From Planctomycetota bacterium (lineage in GTDB: Bacteria > Planctomycetota > GCA-002687715 > CAIWVZ01), in assembly GCA_044222185.1 (NCBI GenBank), contig JBGANV010000001.1, positions 864,001 to 928,000 on the forward strand: DNA of 64,000 nt, read 5' to 3'. A program made the position numbers and the translations under genes. The notes below the pieces were generated by a model. The model did not search any database. It was not told where the DNA came from and saw nothing but the letters and a program-made list of their open reading frames with translations. Shown piece after piece: positions 47,567 to 56,678 of this stretch (the stretch's first letter is position 1; every line of letters starts with the position of its first letter).

Positions 47567-48157
47567 ATGGACGCGTCTCGTGTGCGCCGCCTGCTCGTCA
47601 CCGACCGCACCCTGGTGTCGTCGTCGGATTTCCCCGAAGCCGTTGCCGCCGCGGTACGAGCCTGCGGCGTGACTATGGTGCTCGTGCGGGAGCTGGACCT
47701 CCCACCGGACGTGCAGGTGGAACTCGGGCGTCGGATCGCGGCGCGGGTGACCGTTCCTGTCCTGCTGTCGCGATCGCCGGCGCTCGCCGCCGCTGCAGGC
47801 GCGGCCGGGGTTCAGCTCGGAGCGGGGAGTCCGTCGGTTTCCGATGCGAGAGGGCTGCTCGGGCCGTCCGCGATCATCGGCGTATCGGTCCACGAGGTCG
47901 ACGAGGGCGTCATGCGGTGGCGCGAGGGCGCCGACTACCTCGTTCTGGGACCTATCTTTGCCACGCCGAAGAAGCGCGGGATCCTCGATCCGATCGGGCT
48001 CGTGCCGATGGAGCGCATCTCGCGTGCGGTCACGATCCCCGTCGTCGGGATCGGGGGAATCGACGCCTCCAACGAGCGCGAGGTCCTCGCCGCAGGTGCA
48101 TCGGGCGTCGCGGCGATCCGATGGTTCATGACGGCATCGACGAGTGTCGTCGCATGA
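47567..48157 (+). CDS. thiE: Thiamine phosphate synthase / TenI-family protein (divergent)
   Basis: GVSVH, GADYLVLGPIFATPKK, IPVVGIGGI, AGASGVA; upstream of thiL. Confidence 0.7.
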   Translation: MDASRVRRLLVTDRTLVSSSDFPEAVAAAVRACGVTMVLVRELDLPPDVQVELGRRIAARVTVPVLLSRSPALAAAAGAAGVQLGAGSPSVSDARGLLGPSAIIGVSVHEVDEGVMRWREGADYLVLGPIFATPKKRGILDPIGLVPMERISRAVTIPVVGIGGIDASNEREVLAAGASGVAAIRWFMTASTSVVA

Positions 48158-49062
48158 CGGCGCGGGGAGAACAGGCGTTCCTCGACTGGCTTCGCACGAC
48201 GGGCGCGAGCCGCGAGGACATCCTCGTGCCGATCGGCGACGACGCGGCCGTGATGCGACCGCGCGCAGACCTGGATCTGGTCGTGTCCGCCGACGCCATC
48301 GCCGAGGGGGCGCACTTCCATCCGGGCACGACGCCCGAGGACATCGGGCGCAAGGCTCTCGCGGTGAACCTCTCGGATTTTGCCGCCATGGGAGCCATGC
48401 CCAGGTTCGCCTTCGCCACGGCGGCCCTGCCGCGGGGATTCCACCACGAGACCGCCGTGCGGATCACGGAAGGCATGCGCGCCATCGGGGCAGGACATGG
48501 GGTCGCGCTGTGCGGAGGCGACACGATCACGCATGAAGGCGGCCTCGTTCTTTCAGTGACGCTCGTCGGATACGTGGAGCCCGGCCTCGCGGTCCAGCGC
48601 AAGGGCGCCCGTGTCGGCGACGTGATCGTCGTGACCGGTGCGTTGGGCGGCTCACTGCCCTTCGGCCGTCACCTGTCGTTCACTCCCAGATTGGCGGAGG
48701 GGCGGAAGCTCGCGACCGAGGGCCCGCCGTCGGCCATGATGGACGTCTCCGACGGACTCCTCCTCGATCTGTCGCGTCTGTGCACGATGAGCGGCGTCGG
48801 CGCGCGCATCGACGCGAGCGCGATCCCGATTCACGCGGACGCGCGCCGGTCGGACGGCGACCCGCTCGACCACGCACTGACCGACGGGGAGGATTTCGAG
48901 CTTCTCTTCACCATGAGCCCCGAGCGGCTCGCCCGGGTGGAGCGAAACTGGTGCGGCAACGCGCCGCTGTCACGCATCGGGGTCGTGACGGCGCGCGGCC
49001 TCACGCTCGTCCGCGACGGGCGGGAATTGGAAGTGGAAGCCCGTGGATTCGAACACCACTGA
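48154..49062 (+). CDS. thiL: Thiamine-monophosphate kinase
   Basis: IGDDAAV, VNLSDFAAMG, GGDT, MMDVSDG, DGEDFELLFT. Confidence 0.93.
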   Translation: MTARGEQAFLDWLRTTGASREDILVPIGDDAAVMRPRADLDLVVSADAIAEGAHFHPGTTPEDIGRKALAVNLSDFAAMGAMPRFAFATAALPRGFHHETAVRITEGMRAIGAGHGVALCGGDTITHEGGLVLSVTLVGYVEPGLAVQRKGARVGDVIVVTGALGGSLPFGRHLSFTPRLAEGRKLATEGPPSAMMDVSDGLLLDLSRLCTMSGVGARIDASAIPIHADARRSDGDPLDHALTDGEDFELLFTMSPERLARVERNWCGNAPLSRIGVVTARGLTLVRDGRELEVEARGFEHH

Positions 49063-49531
49063 GATCAGCCGCGACCTTTGCGGCCCAGACGAGACCGAGG
49101 CCTTCGCGGCCGCCATCGCCGTCGGGTTGGCGCCCGGCGACCGCATGTCGCTGCACGGCGACCTGGGCGCGGGCAAGACGACCTTCGTGCGAGGCATCGC
49201 CCGCGGGCTCGGGCATCCGGATCCACGCGAGGTCGCGAGCCCCACGTTCGCCATTCACAACCGCTATGAAGGCGCGCGCCTCACACTCGACCACATCGAC
49301 GCGTACCGGCTGAAGGCGCCCGCAGACCTGGTCCGCGAAGGCCTGGAGCTGATCCTCGAGGACGAGACGAACGTCCTCTGCTGCGAATGGCCCGAGCGCC
49401 TGGCGCCTGGGACCTGGCGTCCGCACGTCGAAATCACCTTGGAAGTTCTGGATGACTCCCGTCGTCGAATCACCTGCCGAGCGGCGGAGCGGGTCGCTTC
49501 GCGCCTCTTTCGGGGGATGAGCGGCGGATGA
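49043..49531 (+). CDS. tsaE: t6A biosynthesis ATPase TsaE
   Basis: LHGDLGAGKTT, VASPTF, HIDAYRL, CEWPE. Confidence 0.92.
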   Translation: MDSNTTEISRDLCGPDETEAFAAAIAVGLAPGDRMSLHGDLGAGKTTFVRGIARGLGHPDPREVASPTFAIHNRYEGARLTLDHIDAYRLKAPADLVREGLELILEDETNVLCCEWPERLAPGTWRPHVEITLEVLDDSRRRITCRAAERVASRLFRGMSGG

Positions 49532-52500
49532 AAGCTCTCGCATTCGTGTTGTCGTGCGCGGCCTTCGTCGGCTCGGCCGCCGCGCAGTTCGTGGTGTTCG
49601 AGGGCCGTATTGCGACCCCGGGCGTGCAGGCCGCCGTCGCCGTCGTGTCGAGGACAGGGACCGTGCAGACGAAGGTCGTGCGATCGGGCGAAGACTGGTC
49701 CTTGAAGGCGCCCGTGCGCGACGGTCTCGTCATCGCCGTGACGGCTCCTGGTTTTCGCCCGCTCCGGATGCCCGTCGACGGTGACGCGTGGGCGGGGACG
49801 CTCCGTCTCGGGGCCCAGTGCCTCGAGGCGTGCGACGGGTTCACGTTCCAGGCCGGCGTGGGTGCCAGTGCGACGCTCTACGACCTTCCGGCGGACGGTC
49901 GCATCGACGAGCGCTCGCTCGTGGCAGCGGCCAGCGCCGACGGAAAGGGCATCATCGCGTTCCGCTCCGTTCCGACCGAGGGATTCGTCGTCGTCACCTG
50001 GCCGGATGCGGCCCCACGCGGGTTCCTGATCGACTTCGACGGGCGTCCCCTCGCGAACGCGACGATCACCGGTTCGCCGGAGCCCTCCGTCGAAATCGAA
50101 GAGCCGAGCGCCGCGATCGATGGCGAGATCGAGGTGGAATGGCCGTGTATCCGTCCAGGCACGGGAGCGTTCATCTCCACCCGCGTCGTCGTCCACGGAC
50201 CCGGCATGCTCACGCGCGACCGCACCCGGTGGGTGTGGGCGAATCCACCGCGCGCGCTGGCGAACTGGCACCTCGCCGATGCCGGCCGCGACGCCCGGTT
50301 CCGATCCGTCCCGGGAACGGTCATCGAGGCTGTGTCCTGGGTCGAACGGGGCACGCGCCAGCTCGAGGCCGTCGAGTCCCTCACGAAGAAGCCGATCCCG
50401 TTCTCCGCCGCACTCGACGGGTCGGTGCCCGCCAGCGGGACGATCCCCGTGTCGGCCGAGGACGGCGGCCATGACCTCTTGATCGTTCCCGAGGTCCCCT
50501 TCGAGCCCTTGCGCGTGCACGTGGCGATTCCCAAACCTGATGTTCGTCTCGACGCCTTCGAGCTCACCCCCCGCCCCGTGATTTCAGGGAAAGTGATCGG
50601 GGAGAAGGCGCCGTTCGAACCTGCGGTCGTCTGGTATCGAAGGAAGGGCGGACGACCCGACCTCCGCCTCGGCACGACGGATGAATCAGGCGCCTTCGGT
50701 GCCGTGGCGTTCCCGCTGGGCGCAGGCGAGGTCTGGATCGAGGCGGCGTCCGGGAGATTCTCGGACGTCCGAGCCATCGCAGGGGGAGCTGCCGAGAAGG
50801 TGTTCGTCGACTTCGCGCTGCGGAATGCGGCGTCGTTATCCGCGGCGATCAACGGTCGCGCGGCGGTGCCGGCGCCGATCGGTGTGCACCTCGTGGCGTT
50901 GCCGGTGGATCCGGCCGTGGCCCACGTGCTCAGCCTTCCGCCCGAATGGCGAGATGGCGCGACGATGCGCGTGCTCGCCGATCCATCCACGCGGCACGCG
51001 GTGTTGTCGAGGGAGGAGTCGAAGTTCTCGATCTCGGCGCTACGCCCCGGCGACTACATGCTGGTCGTCGATGCGCCGGGCTACTTCCCACTGATCGAGC
51101 CCGTCGTCTCGGTCACGTCGGCACTCGAAATCGTCCTCCAGGTCGACCGGTTGCAGCGGGCCCCGGCTTCGAAGCTCGATCTTTCGGACGGTGAGACGTG
51201 CTTCGTGGAAGCGTGGCCCTGGGGTGGTCGTCGCCTCGTCCGTGCAGCCGACGACCGATCCCCCGTCTCGATGACGCTCGGAGCGCCTGGAGACCGCGCG
51301 GTGGTCCGTGCGACGGGGTTGGCCCCGCAGGCGCGCGGCCGGCGGACGCAGGATCGATCCGACGGTTCTCACGCGAGTCTCAAGATCTCGATCCGCCGTC
51401 CGCCGGTGTCCGCGCAGCCGCTGCTCGTGTGCCTCGTCCCACGTGACGCCACGACCGGGGGACCCGTTTCGTCCATCCTCGTGAGACGCGACGAGGTCGC
51501 CGACGCACCATGGTCGTCCCCCGACACCGTCGTGCTCCGCGCCGCCGGCCGCGATCACCCGTGGACGACGATCGGGCCGTTTCGAGCGGATTCCAGGCTT
51601 CCGATCGTCGCGGACGTCGACCTTCCGCGGCGTGCGCGGGGTCGTATCTGGGGAACGGACGGTCGCCTCGCGGGCGGTGCGCACGTGTGGATCTGGCCCG
51701 AGCGGGATCTGGTCCTTCGCGGTGCCCGCATCCCGCCGATCGAGGGGACGACGTCGTCCGACGGTCGCCTGGCCTGGCCAGACATCCCGCCGGGAGTCGC
51801 GAGGGCCTGGGTCGGTCGGGCGGGAGAGATGGTGGAGATTCCGCTCGTTGGCGCCAACGCGGAGGACCTGGGAGACATCGCGCTGCAGCGCCGCGACGAG
51901 GTGCCGTTGGACGCGGGCGTTCGGAGGTGGCGCGACGACGCAGGCCGCGCGCTCGACGCTCGCTGGGTACCTGCGTTCCTCGCGGCCCACGAGAGGCTCG
52001 AACGGGAGTCCTTCGTTCCGTCCACGACGTCACATCCGCGCCCGAACCGGGCCACCTGGATCGGCGCGGCCTTGGATCTATCGGCGGCGGAGGGCGTGAT
52101 GGTACGTACGCGCTTCGACGGCAGCAGCGCGCAGCTGATCCCGTTGCTCGGGCAGGACGTCGACCCGACGCGCCCGATGCTGCAGGTGTCCCGTGACTCG
52201 ACCGGCGCTTTCGTGTTTCCGCACGTGCCGGACGGGCCCTACACACTCACGCTCAGCGGTGTCGGACTTCGGCAGAACGTCGACGTCACCATGCCGCCCA
52301 ATCGCCAGCGCGTTCTGGAGTTTCGAGAGATCGAGCGCCTCCGTGACGTGCACGTACGCGTCGTGAACGAGGCTGCCGGCCGACCGATCACGGGAGCGCG
52401 GGTCGAGCTCCACGTCGGAGAATGGGCCGACCCTGCATTCTTCGGAACCGCGCGCAGGCTCACGTGGCTCGCGACGGCGACGACGGACGACACCGGGGTC

Positions 52501-53181
52501 GCCGTTTTCGCACGCGTTCCCGCCGACCGGCGCTTCAGCGCCAGGATCCGAACGGCTGATGGCGTCGCTGCGACGAACACGGACATACCGGCGGCGACCA
52601 CGAACCGCGTCAGCGAGACGATCGAGGTCGTGGTCCCGATCGTCGGCGAGCTCGACCTTCGCGTGAACAGCGGCGGGTTGCCCGTGTCCGGTTCGACCGT
52701 CGCGATCTACACGTCCGACGGCCGCCTTTGGGACGCACCCGCGACGACCGACACGGACGGGGGAGTCCGGTTTGCGTCGGTGCCGGCCGGCAAGCTGACG
52801 CTCGTGTGCTCTGCGCCGGGGTACGCCACCAGGGTCGAGGAATTCGAGAGCCCGGGCGGACTGAACGTGAGCCAGCTCACCGTTTCGCTCGAGCGCGGGT
52901 TCGGAACCACCGTCATCGCGACGGATGTGGACCGCCGACCGCTCAGCCTCGTGATCGCGCGCCAGGAGCGACGGCCGTTGGCTCCGCTCGCTCTCGCGTG
53001 TGACCCCCTGTCGAGCTGGGCGTCCGACGCCGTACCGGCCTCCGATGGCGTTGGCGTACTCGCTCTTCCGCCCACCGTGCGAGGTGACGAATGGCTTCTC
53101 GACCATTCCCGTTTTCGCGGGTTTGCGCTCCGTGCAGCCCCCGGAGCTACGGTGCCGGTCATCTTCTCGAACCCGCGGTGA
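49528..53181 (+). CDS. Large secreted protein with carboxypeptidase-regulatory-like (beta-sandwich) repeats
   Basis: Signal peptide MKALAFVLSCAAFVGSAAA|Q; recurring GRP(L/I)xGAxV...TTDxxGxxxFxxVPxG...APGY motifs. Confidence 0.7.
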   Translation: MKALAFVLSCAAFVGSAAAQFVVFEGRIATPGVQAAVAVVSRTGTVQTKVVRSGEDWSLKAPVRDGLVIAVTAPGFRPLRMPVDGDAWAGTLRLGAQCLEACDGFTFQAGVGASATLYDLPADGRIDERSLVAAASADGKGIIAFRSVPTEGFVVVTWPDAAPRGFLIDFDGRPLANATITGSPEPSVEIEEPSAAIDGEIEVEWPCIRPGTGAFISTRVVVHGPGMLTRDRTRWVWANPPRALANWHLADAGRDARFRSVPGTVIEAVSWVERGTRQLEAVESLTKKPIPFSAALDGSVPASGTIPVSAEDGGHDLLIVPEVPFEPLRVHVAIPKPDVRLDAFELTPRPVISGKVIGEKAPFEPAVVWYRRKGGRPDLRLGTTDESGAFGAVAFPLGAGEVWIEAASGRFSDVRAIAGGAAEKVFVDFALRNAASLSAAINGRAAVPAPIGVHLVALPVDPAVAHVLSLPPEWRDGATMRVLADPSTRHAVLSREESKFSISALRPGDYMLVVDAPGYFPLIEPVVSVTSALEIVLQVDRLQRAPASKLDLSDGETCFVEAWPWGGRRLVRAADDRSPVSMTLGAPGDRAVVRATGLAPQARGRRTQDRSDGSHASLKISIRRPPVSAQPLLVCLVPRDATTGGPVSSILVRRDEVADAPWSSPDTVVLRAAGRDHPWTTIGPFRADSRLPIVADVDLPRRARGRIWGTDGRLAGGAHVWIWPERDLVLRGARIPPIEGTTSSDGRLAWPDIPPGVARAWVGRAGEMVEIPLVGANAEDLGDIALQRRDEVPLDAGVRRWRDDAGRALDARWVPAFLAAHERLERESFVPSTTSHPRPNRATWIGAALDLSAAEGVMVRTRFDGSSAQLIPLLGQDVDPTRPMLQVSRDSTGAFVFPHVPDGPYTLTLSGVGLRQNVDVTMPPNRQRVLEFREIERLRDVHVRVVNEAAGRPITGARVELHVGEWADPAFFGTARRLTWLATATTDDTGVAVFARVPADRRFSARIRTADGVAATNTDIPAATTNRVSETIEVVVPIVGELDLRVNSGGLPVSGSTVAIYTSDGRLWDAPATTDTDGGVRFASVPAGKLTLVCSAPGYATRVEEFESPGGLNVSQLTVSLERGFGTTVIATDVDRRPLSLVIARQERRPLAPLALACDPLSSWASDAVPASDGVGVLALPPTVRGDEWLLDHSRFRGFALRAAPGATVPVIFSNPR

Positions 53182-53296
53182 GCGCCTCGCGCGACCTGCG
53201 ACTGCACGTTTTCGTCCACCGCCTTCCTGCCGCGTCGACCGAATCCGTCGAGTATCCTCCAGCAGTCGCGCGAGCGTGGCCGCGTGATGGTTGGCA

Positions 53297-53366
53297 TAAG
53301 TGCTTCATGGATTGGGCGTTAACGGCTTCGCGCCGCCTCGCTTCTGGTTTTGGCAAGCGAGTTGCT
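53297..53366 (+). promoter_or_regulatory. Sigma54 (-24/-12) promoter with upstream IHF-like site
   Basis: TGGCAAGCGAGTTGCT (53351-53366) has GG-N10-GC spacing; TAAGTGCTTCATG (53297-53309) resembles the reverse IHF consensus YAA-N4-TTGATW. Confidence 0.65.
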
Positions 53367-53421
53367 GTGTCGGCTCCGCGGCGGAATGCGGCCCGGTCAT
53401 GGCCCCCGCTCAACGAATCAC

Positions 53422-53613
53422 ATGTCCCTGAAGATCACCTACGCCGGTTCCCTTCGTGGCAAGCGCCTCTACACGGTTTCCGATGGACGCGAGACCCTCT
53501 TCACGGGCACGCTCGTCGAGGTCAAGCGCTACATCGTCGTTCGGACCGAGAAGCTGCACCGCCGCATCCAGGCCGAGCAGGCCTACCTGACGCAAGTTCG
53601 AACCGCGGGCTGA
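53422..53613 (+). CDS. Small basic hypothetical protein (63 aa)
   Basis: MSLKITYAGSLRGKRLYTVSDGRETLFTG...; strongly C/G-ending codons; sits downstream of the sigma54 motif. Confidence 0.7.
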   Translation: MSLKITYAGSLRGKRLYTVSDGRETLFTGTLVEVKRYIVVRTEKLHRRIQAEQAYLTQVRTAG

Positions 53614-53745
53614 TGCGGCTCCGCCGCGCCGACGATCCGGGATGTCGTCGGTTGGGGCGGGACATGGCTACGCTGCGCTGCCGATCCCGACTGAGAACAC
53701 GTCATTCTCGTCTATGATGCCGAGCCGCAAAGCGGCAGCGCAGCC

Positions 53746-54969
53746 ATGGGTGTCTCTCATCGATCGTTTCTCCCGGTCGCCATCATCGTCCTCGCGACCA
53801 GTTCGCCAGCCTCGCCTGGCCAGGCATCGCGCCCCATCGGGTGGCGGAGCTTCTTCGAGGAGCGCCTCCTCGACCGCGCGCCGGTCATCGTGCGCGCTCG
53901 CTACGATCGGGACAGCACGTTCGGCGACGTGCAGCTCACGGCCTTCTCCGTCCGGCGAGAGCTCCGCGGCCACCCAGGATCCCGCGTGCTGGTCGTCGCT
54001 GCGGGTGCGGTCGTGGACAGCTTCCGCGACGTGGACCGCCTCCTCTTCCTGAAGCCCGAAGCCCAGGATCAGATGTACCGGCTCGTCGACGTCGTCGACC
54101 TGACGGACGCGGCCGAGGAGACCGAGGCGACGGTGAACGGCTACGTGGGACTCACGGAGGAATCCGACCCCGCGAAACGAAGGCGCATCCTTCGACGTCT
54201 CGTGAACGACGGCTTCGGTGCGAAGGGCACGTTCAGCCGCCGCCTCGCCGTCAGGGAGTTCGAGCGGCTCTTCGAGCGGTTCCCGGACACTCTGACGGAC
54301 GAGGATCTGACGGCGGCCCAACAAGCGTTGCCCGGACTCGACCAGGCGGACCGCACGCGCATGCGCACGGCATTGGAGCGACTCGAGGAACGGATGCTGG
54401 GCGACTTCGCCGGAACGCAGATGGCGGTGCCGGCTGGTCCGGATCGGGGCACGTTCATTCGCGCCGTTTGTCGCCTTCGTGAAACCACCGATGCGGCAGA
54501 GCAGGCCGAGATCATCGACCGGACGGCCGAGGGCCTGGGGCTGAAGTCCGTCCCATTCCTGATCCGCTGTCTGCGGGTCCCCGCCCTCCAGACGAGGGCC
54601 ATGCGACACCTCGGCGACATGCGGGGCTCGTCGGCCGTCCCGGAGCTTCTGAAACAACTTTCGACCTCGGCCACCGACCAGCGCGCGCGCATCGTCGAAT
54701 GCCTGGGCCGGATCGGCGACGACGCTGCGACGTTGCCGGTCGCTCGCCTCCTCGAGTCGGCGCCGGAGATGTTCAGGCCGGTGATCGAGGCGCTGGCGCG
54801 AATCGGGAGCCCCGCCGCAGAGGGCTTGCTGGACGTCCTGGCACACCGCCTTGCCGACACCTCCGACACGGATCCCCGCAAGCAGGTCATCACCGAGGTC
54901 CGGACTCCCGAATGGCGAGCCACGGAAGAAAAGCGGCGAGCCGCAGCGTCGCGCGCGTATAGCCGTTGA
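53746..54969 (+). CDS. Exported HEAT-repeat protein
   Basis: Signal-like N-terminus, beta-rich N-domain, then HEAT/PBS repeats (AMRHLGDMRGSSAVPELL, IVECLGRIGDDAATLPV, VIEALARIGSPAA). Confidence 0.72.
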   Translation: MGVSHRSFLPVAIIVLATSSPASPGQASRPIGWRSFFEERLLDRAPVIVRARYDRDSTFGDVQLTAFSVRRELRGHPGSRVLVVAAGAVVDSFRDVDRLLFLKPEAQDQMYRLVDVVDLTDAAEETEATVNGYVGLTEESDPAKRRRILRRLVNDGFGAKGTFSRRLAVREFERLFERFPDTLTDEDLTAAQQALPGLDQADRTRMRTALERLEERMLGDFAGTQMAVPAGPDRGTFIRAVCRLRETTDAAEQAEIIDRTAEGLGLKSVPFLIRCLRVPALQTRAMRHLGDMRGSSAVPELLKQLSTSATDQRARIVECLGRIGDDAATLPVARLLESAPEMFRPVIEALARIGSPAAEGLLDVLAHRLADTSDTDPRKQVITEVRTPEWRATEEKRRAAASRAYSR

Positions 54970-56597
54970 CGCGCGGCGCAGCCCAGCGCACCGTAGCCCC
55001 GCCGCCCAGTTGGAGTCAGCACTTGCCCGCCATCCGAGCACCCGGTCCGATCCATTCCGCCGTTCGATCCGCCATCGTCGTCCTCGTCGCGGCCGTCTCG
55101 ATTCCCGCGCAGGACTCCCGAGCGGTGGGTCCCGAATCAGCGCCGACCTCACGCCCGGATTCGCTCTCGCTGAGCCTCGAGGACGCGGTCGGATTCGCCG
55201 TCAGGAACAACCTGACCCTCAAGATCGCGTTGATCGACGAGCAGATCGCTGAGACCCGCATTCGGCAGGAACTCGGAGTCTACGACCCGACCTTCTTCGC
55301 GAACGTCACGACTTCCAAGCGGGAGCAACTGTTCGCCGGTGTGTTCCCCGACCCGACGAACCCGCTCATCAGCCGAACGTTCTTCATCAACAACGCGGAT
55401 GAGGGATTCAGCGCCGAGTCGGGCGTTCGCGGGCGGTTGTCGACGGGGGGAACGTACGAGGCGTCGGTCGGGACGGACTATCGCTACCAGCAGAGCGGCG
55501 GTGCGTTGAACCCGATCTTCACGACGACGGGCCGCCTCCAACTCACTCAACCGCTCCTGCGCAACGCCTGGATGGCATACAACGACGGTTCCATCGAGAT
55601 CGCGAAGAACCGCCGGATGCAATCGCGCGAAGAGTACCGCAGCTCCATGCTCGGAAAGATCCGCGAGGTGCAGACCGCCTACTTCGATCTGGTGTTCGCT
55701 CGAGAGAACCTCCAGGTCAAACGGAATAGCCTCGTCGTCGCCGACCAGCAGGTGGAGGTGAACCGCGTCAAGGTCGACGCCGGCGCCCTGCCGCCGGTCG
55801 AGATGACCAGCGCGGAATCGGCGCGCGCGTTCCGCCGCTCGGAGGTCGTCACCGCCGAGGCGCAGGTCGTCGAGGCCGAGGACCGGCTTCGGCGTGAGAT
55901 CTTCGCGTTCGAGACCACGTCGGAGTGGACCGTTCACCTGGAACCGACGGAGACGCTCTCCGAGAGCGAGATCCAGATCAGGCCGCTCGACGAGTTGCTC
56001 CAGACGGCCTTTCGAACCGAACCGAGGATCGTCAAGGCTCACCTGGACGTGGCGCGCGCCGGGACTGAACTCGACATGCGGCGCTCCGAACGCCTTCCCA
56101 AGCTCGACGCGTCCGCGAGCGTGAACGTGAACAGCCTGGGCTCGGACGCGGGGCAGACCTATGCGGACGTCCTGAACCGGGCGCGGGACGCGTTGAGCGT
56201 GTCCGGTGGACTCGCGCTGGAGGTCCCGTTGGGCAACCGCGCGGCCTCCGCGCGGGAGGCAGAGGCCGAGCTGACGGTCACGCGGGCCCAGGTCGTCCTC
56301 CGCAACCTCGAGACGGACGTCGGCTACGGCGTCCGGAACAGCGTCCGGAACATCGACGTGGCCCTGCGCACGATCCGCGCCCGGAGGGAGGCCGTCAGGT
56401 TTGCCGAGCAGCAACTGGCCAACGAGCGCGCGAAATTCGAGGTCCAGGCGTCGACGAACTTCCAGGTCTTCGAGGTCGAAGACCAGGTGAATCAGCGCCG
56501 AACGGAACTGATCCGCTCGATGCTGGACTATCGCCTGGCAGTCCTCGACCTGCCGCGCGTGACCGGCGCGCCACTCGCCGAGCTCGTCGTGAAGTAG
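54966..56597 (+). CDS. TolC-family outer-membrane efflux protein (start may be TTG 55023)
   Basis: LSLEDAVGFAVRNN, LTQPLLRN, AYFDLV, RLPKLD, LEVPLGNR, ERAKFEV.ASTNFQV. Confidence 0.88.
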   Translation: MTRGAAQRTVAPPPSWSQHLPAIRAPGPIHSAVRSAIVVLVAAVSIPAQDSRAVGPESAPTSRPDSLSLSLEDAVGFAVRNNLTLKIALIDEQIAETRIRQELGVYDPTFFANVTTSKREQLFAGVFPDPTNPLISRTFFINNADEGFSAESGVRGRLSTGGTYEASVGTDYRYQQSGGALNPIFTTTGRLQLTQPLLRNAWMAYNDGSIEIAKNRRMQSREEYRSSMLGKIREVQTAYFDLVFARENLQVKRNSLVVADQQVEVNRVKVDAGALPPVEMTSAESARAFRRSEVVTAEAQVVEAEDRLRREIFAFETTSEWTVHLEPTETLSESEIQIRPLDELLQTAFRTEPRIVKAHLDVARAGTELDMRRSERLPKLDASASVNVNSLGSDAGQTYADVLNRARDALSVSGGLALEVPLGNRAASAREAEAELTVTRAQVVLRNLETDVGYGVRNSVRNIDVALRTIRARREAVRFAEQQLANERAKFEVQASTNFQVFEVEDQVNQRRTELIRSMLDYRLAVLDLPRVTGAPLAELVVK

Positions 56598-56678
56598 ACG
56601 CTCGACGACGCCTGGACGGATGCGGGGGGCGATTCGGTACACTGCCGCTCCCTCCGCAGGACCGAGCATCGAGACAAC

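Noticed and set aside
53291-53306. Second TGGCA as another sigma54 site
   Set aside because: No GC at the -12 position (GG-N10-TC).
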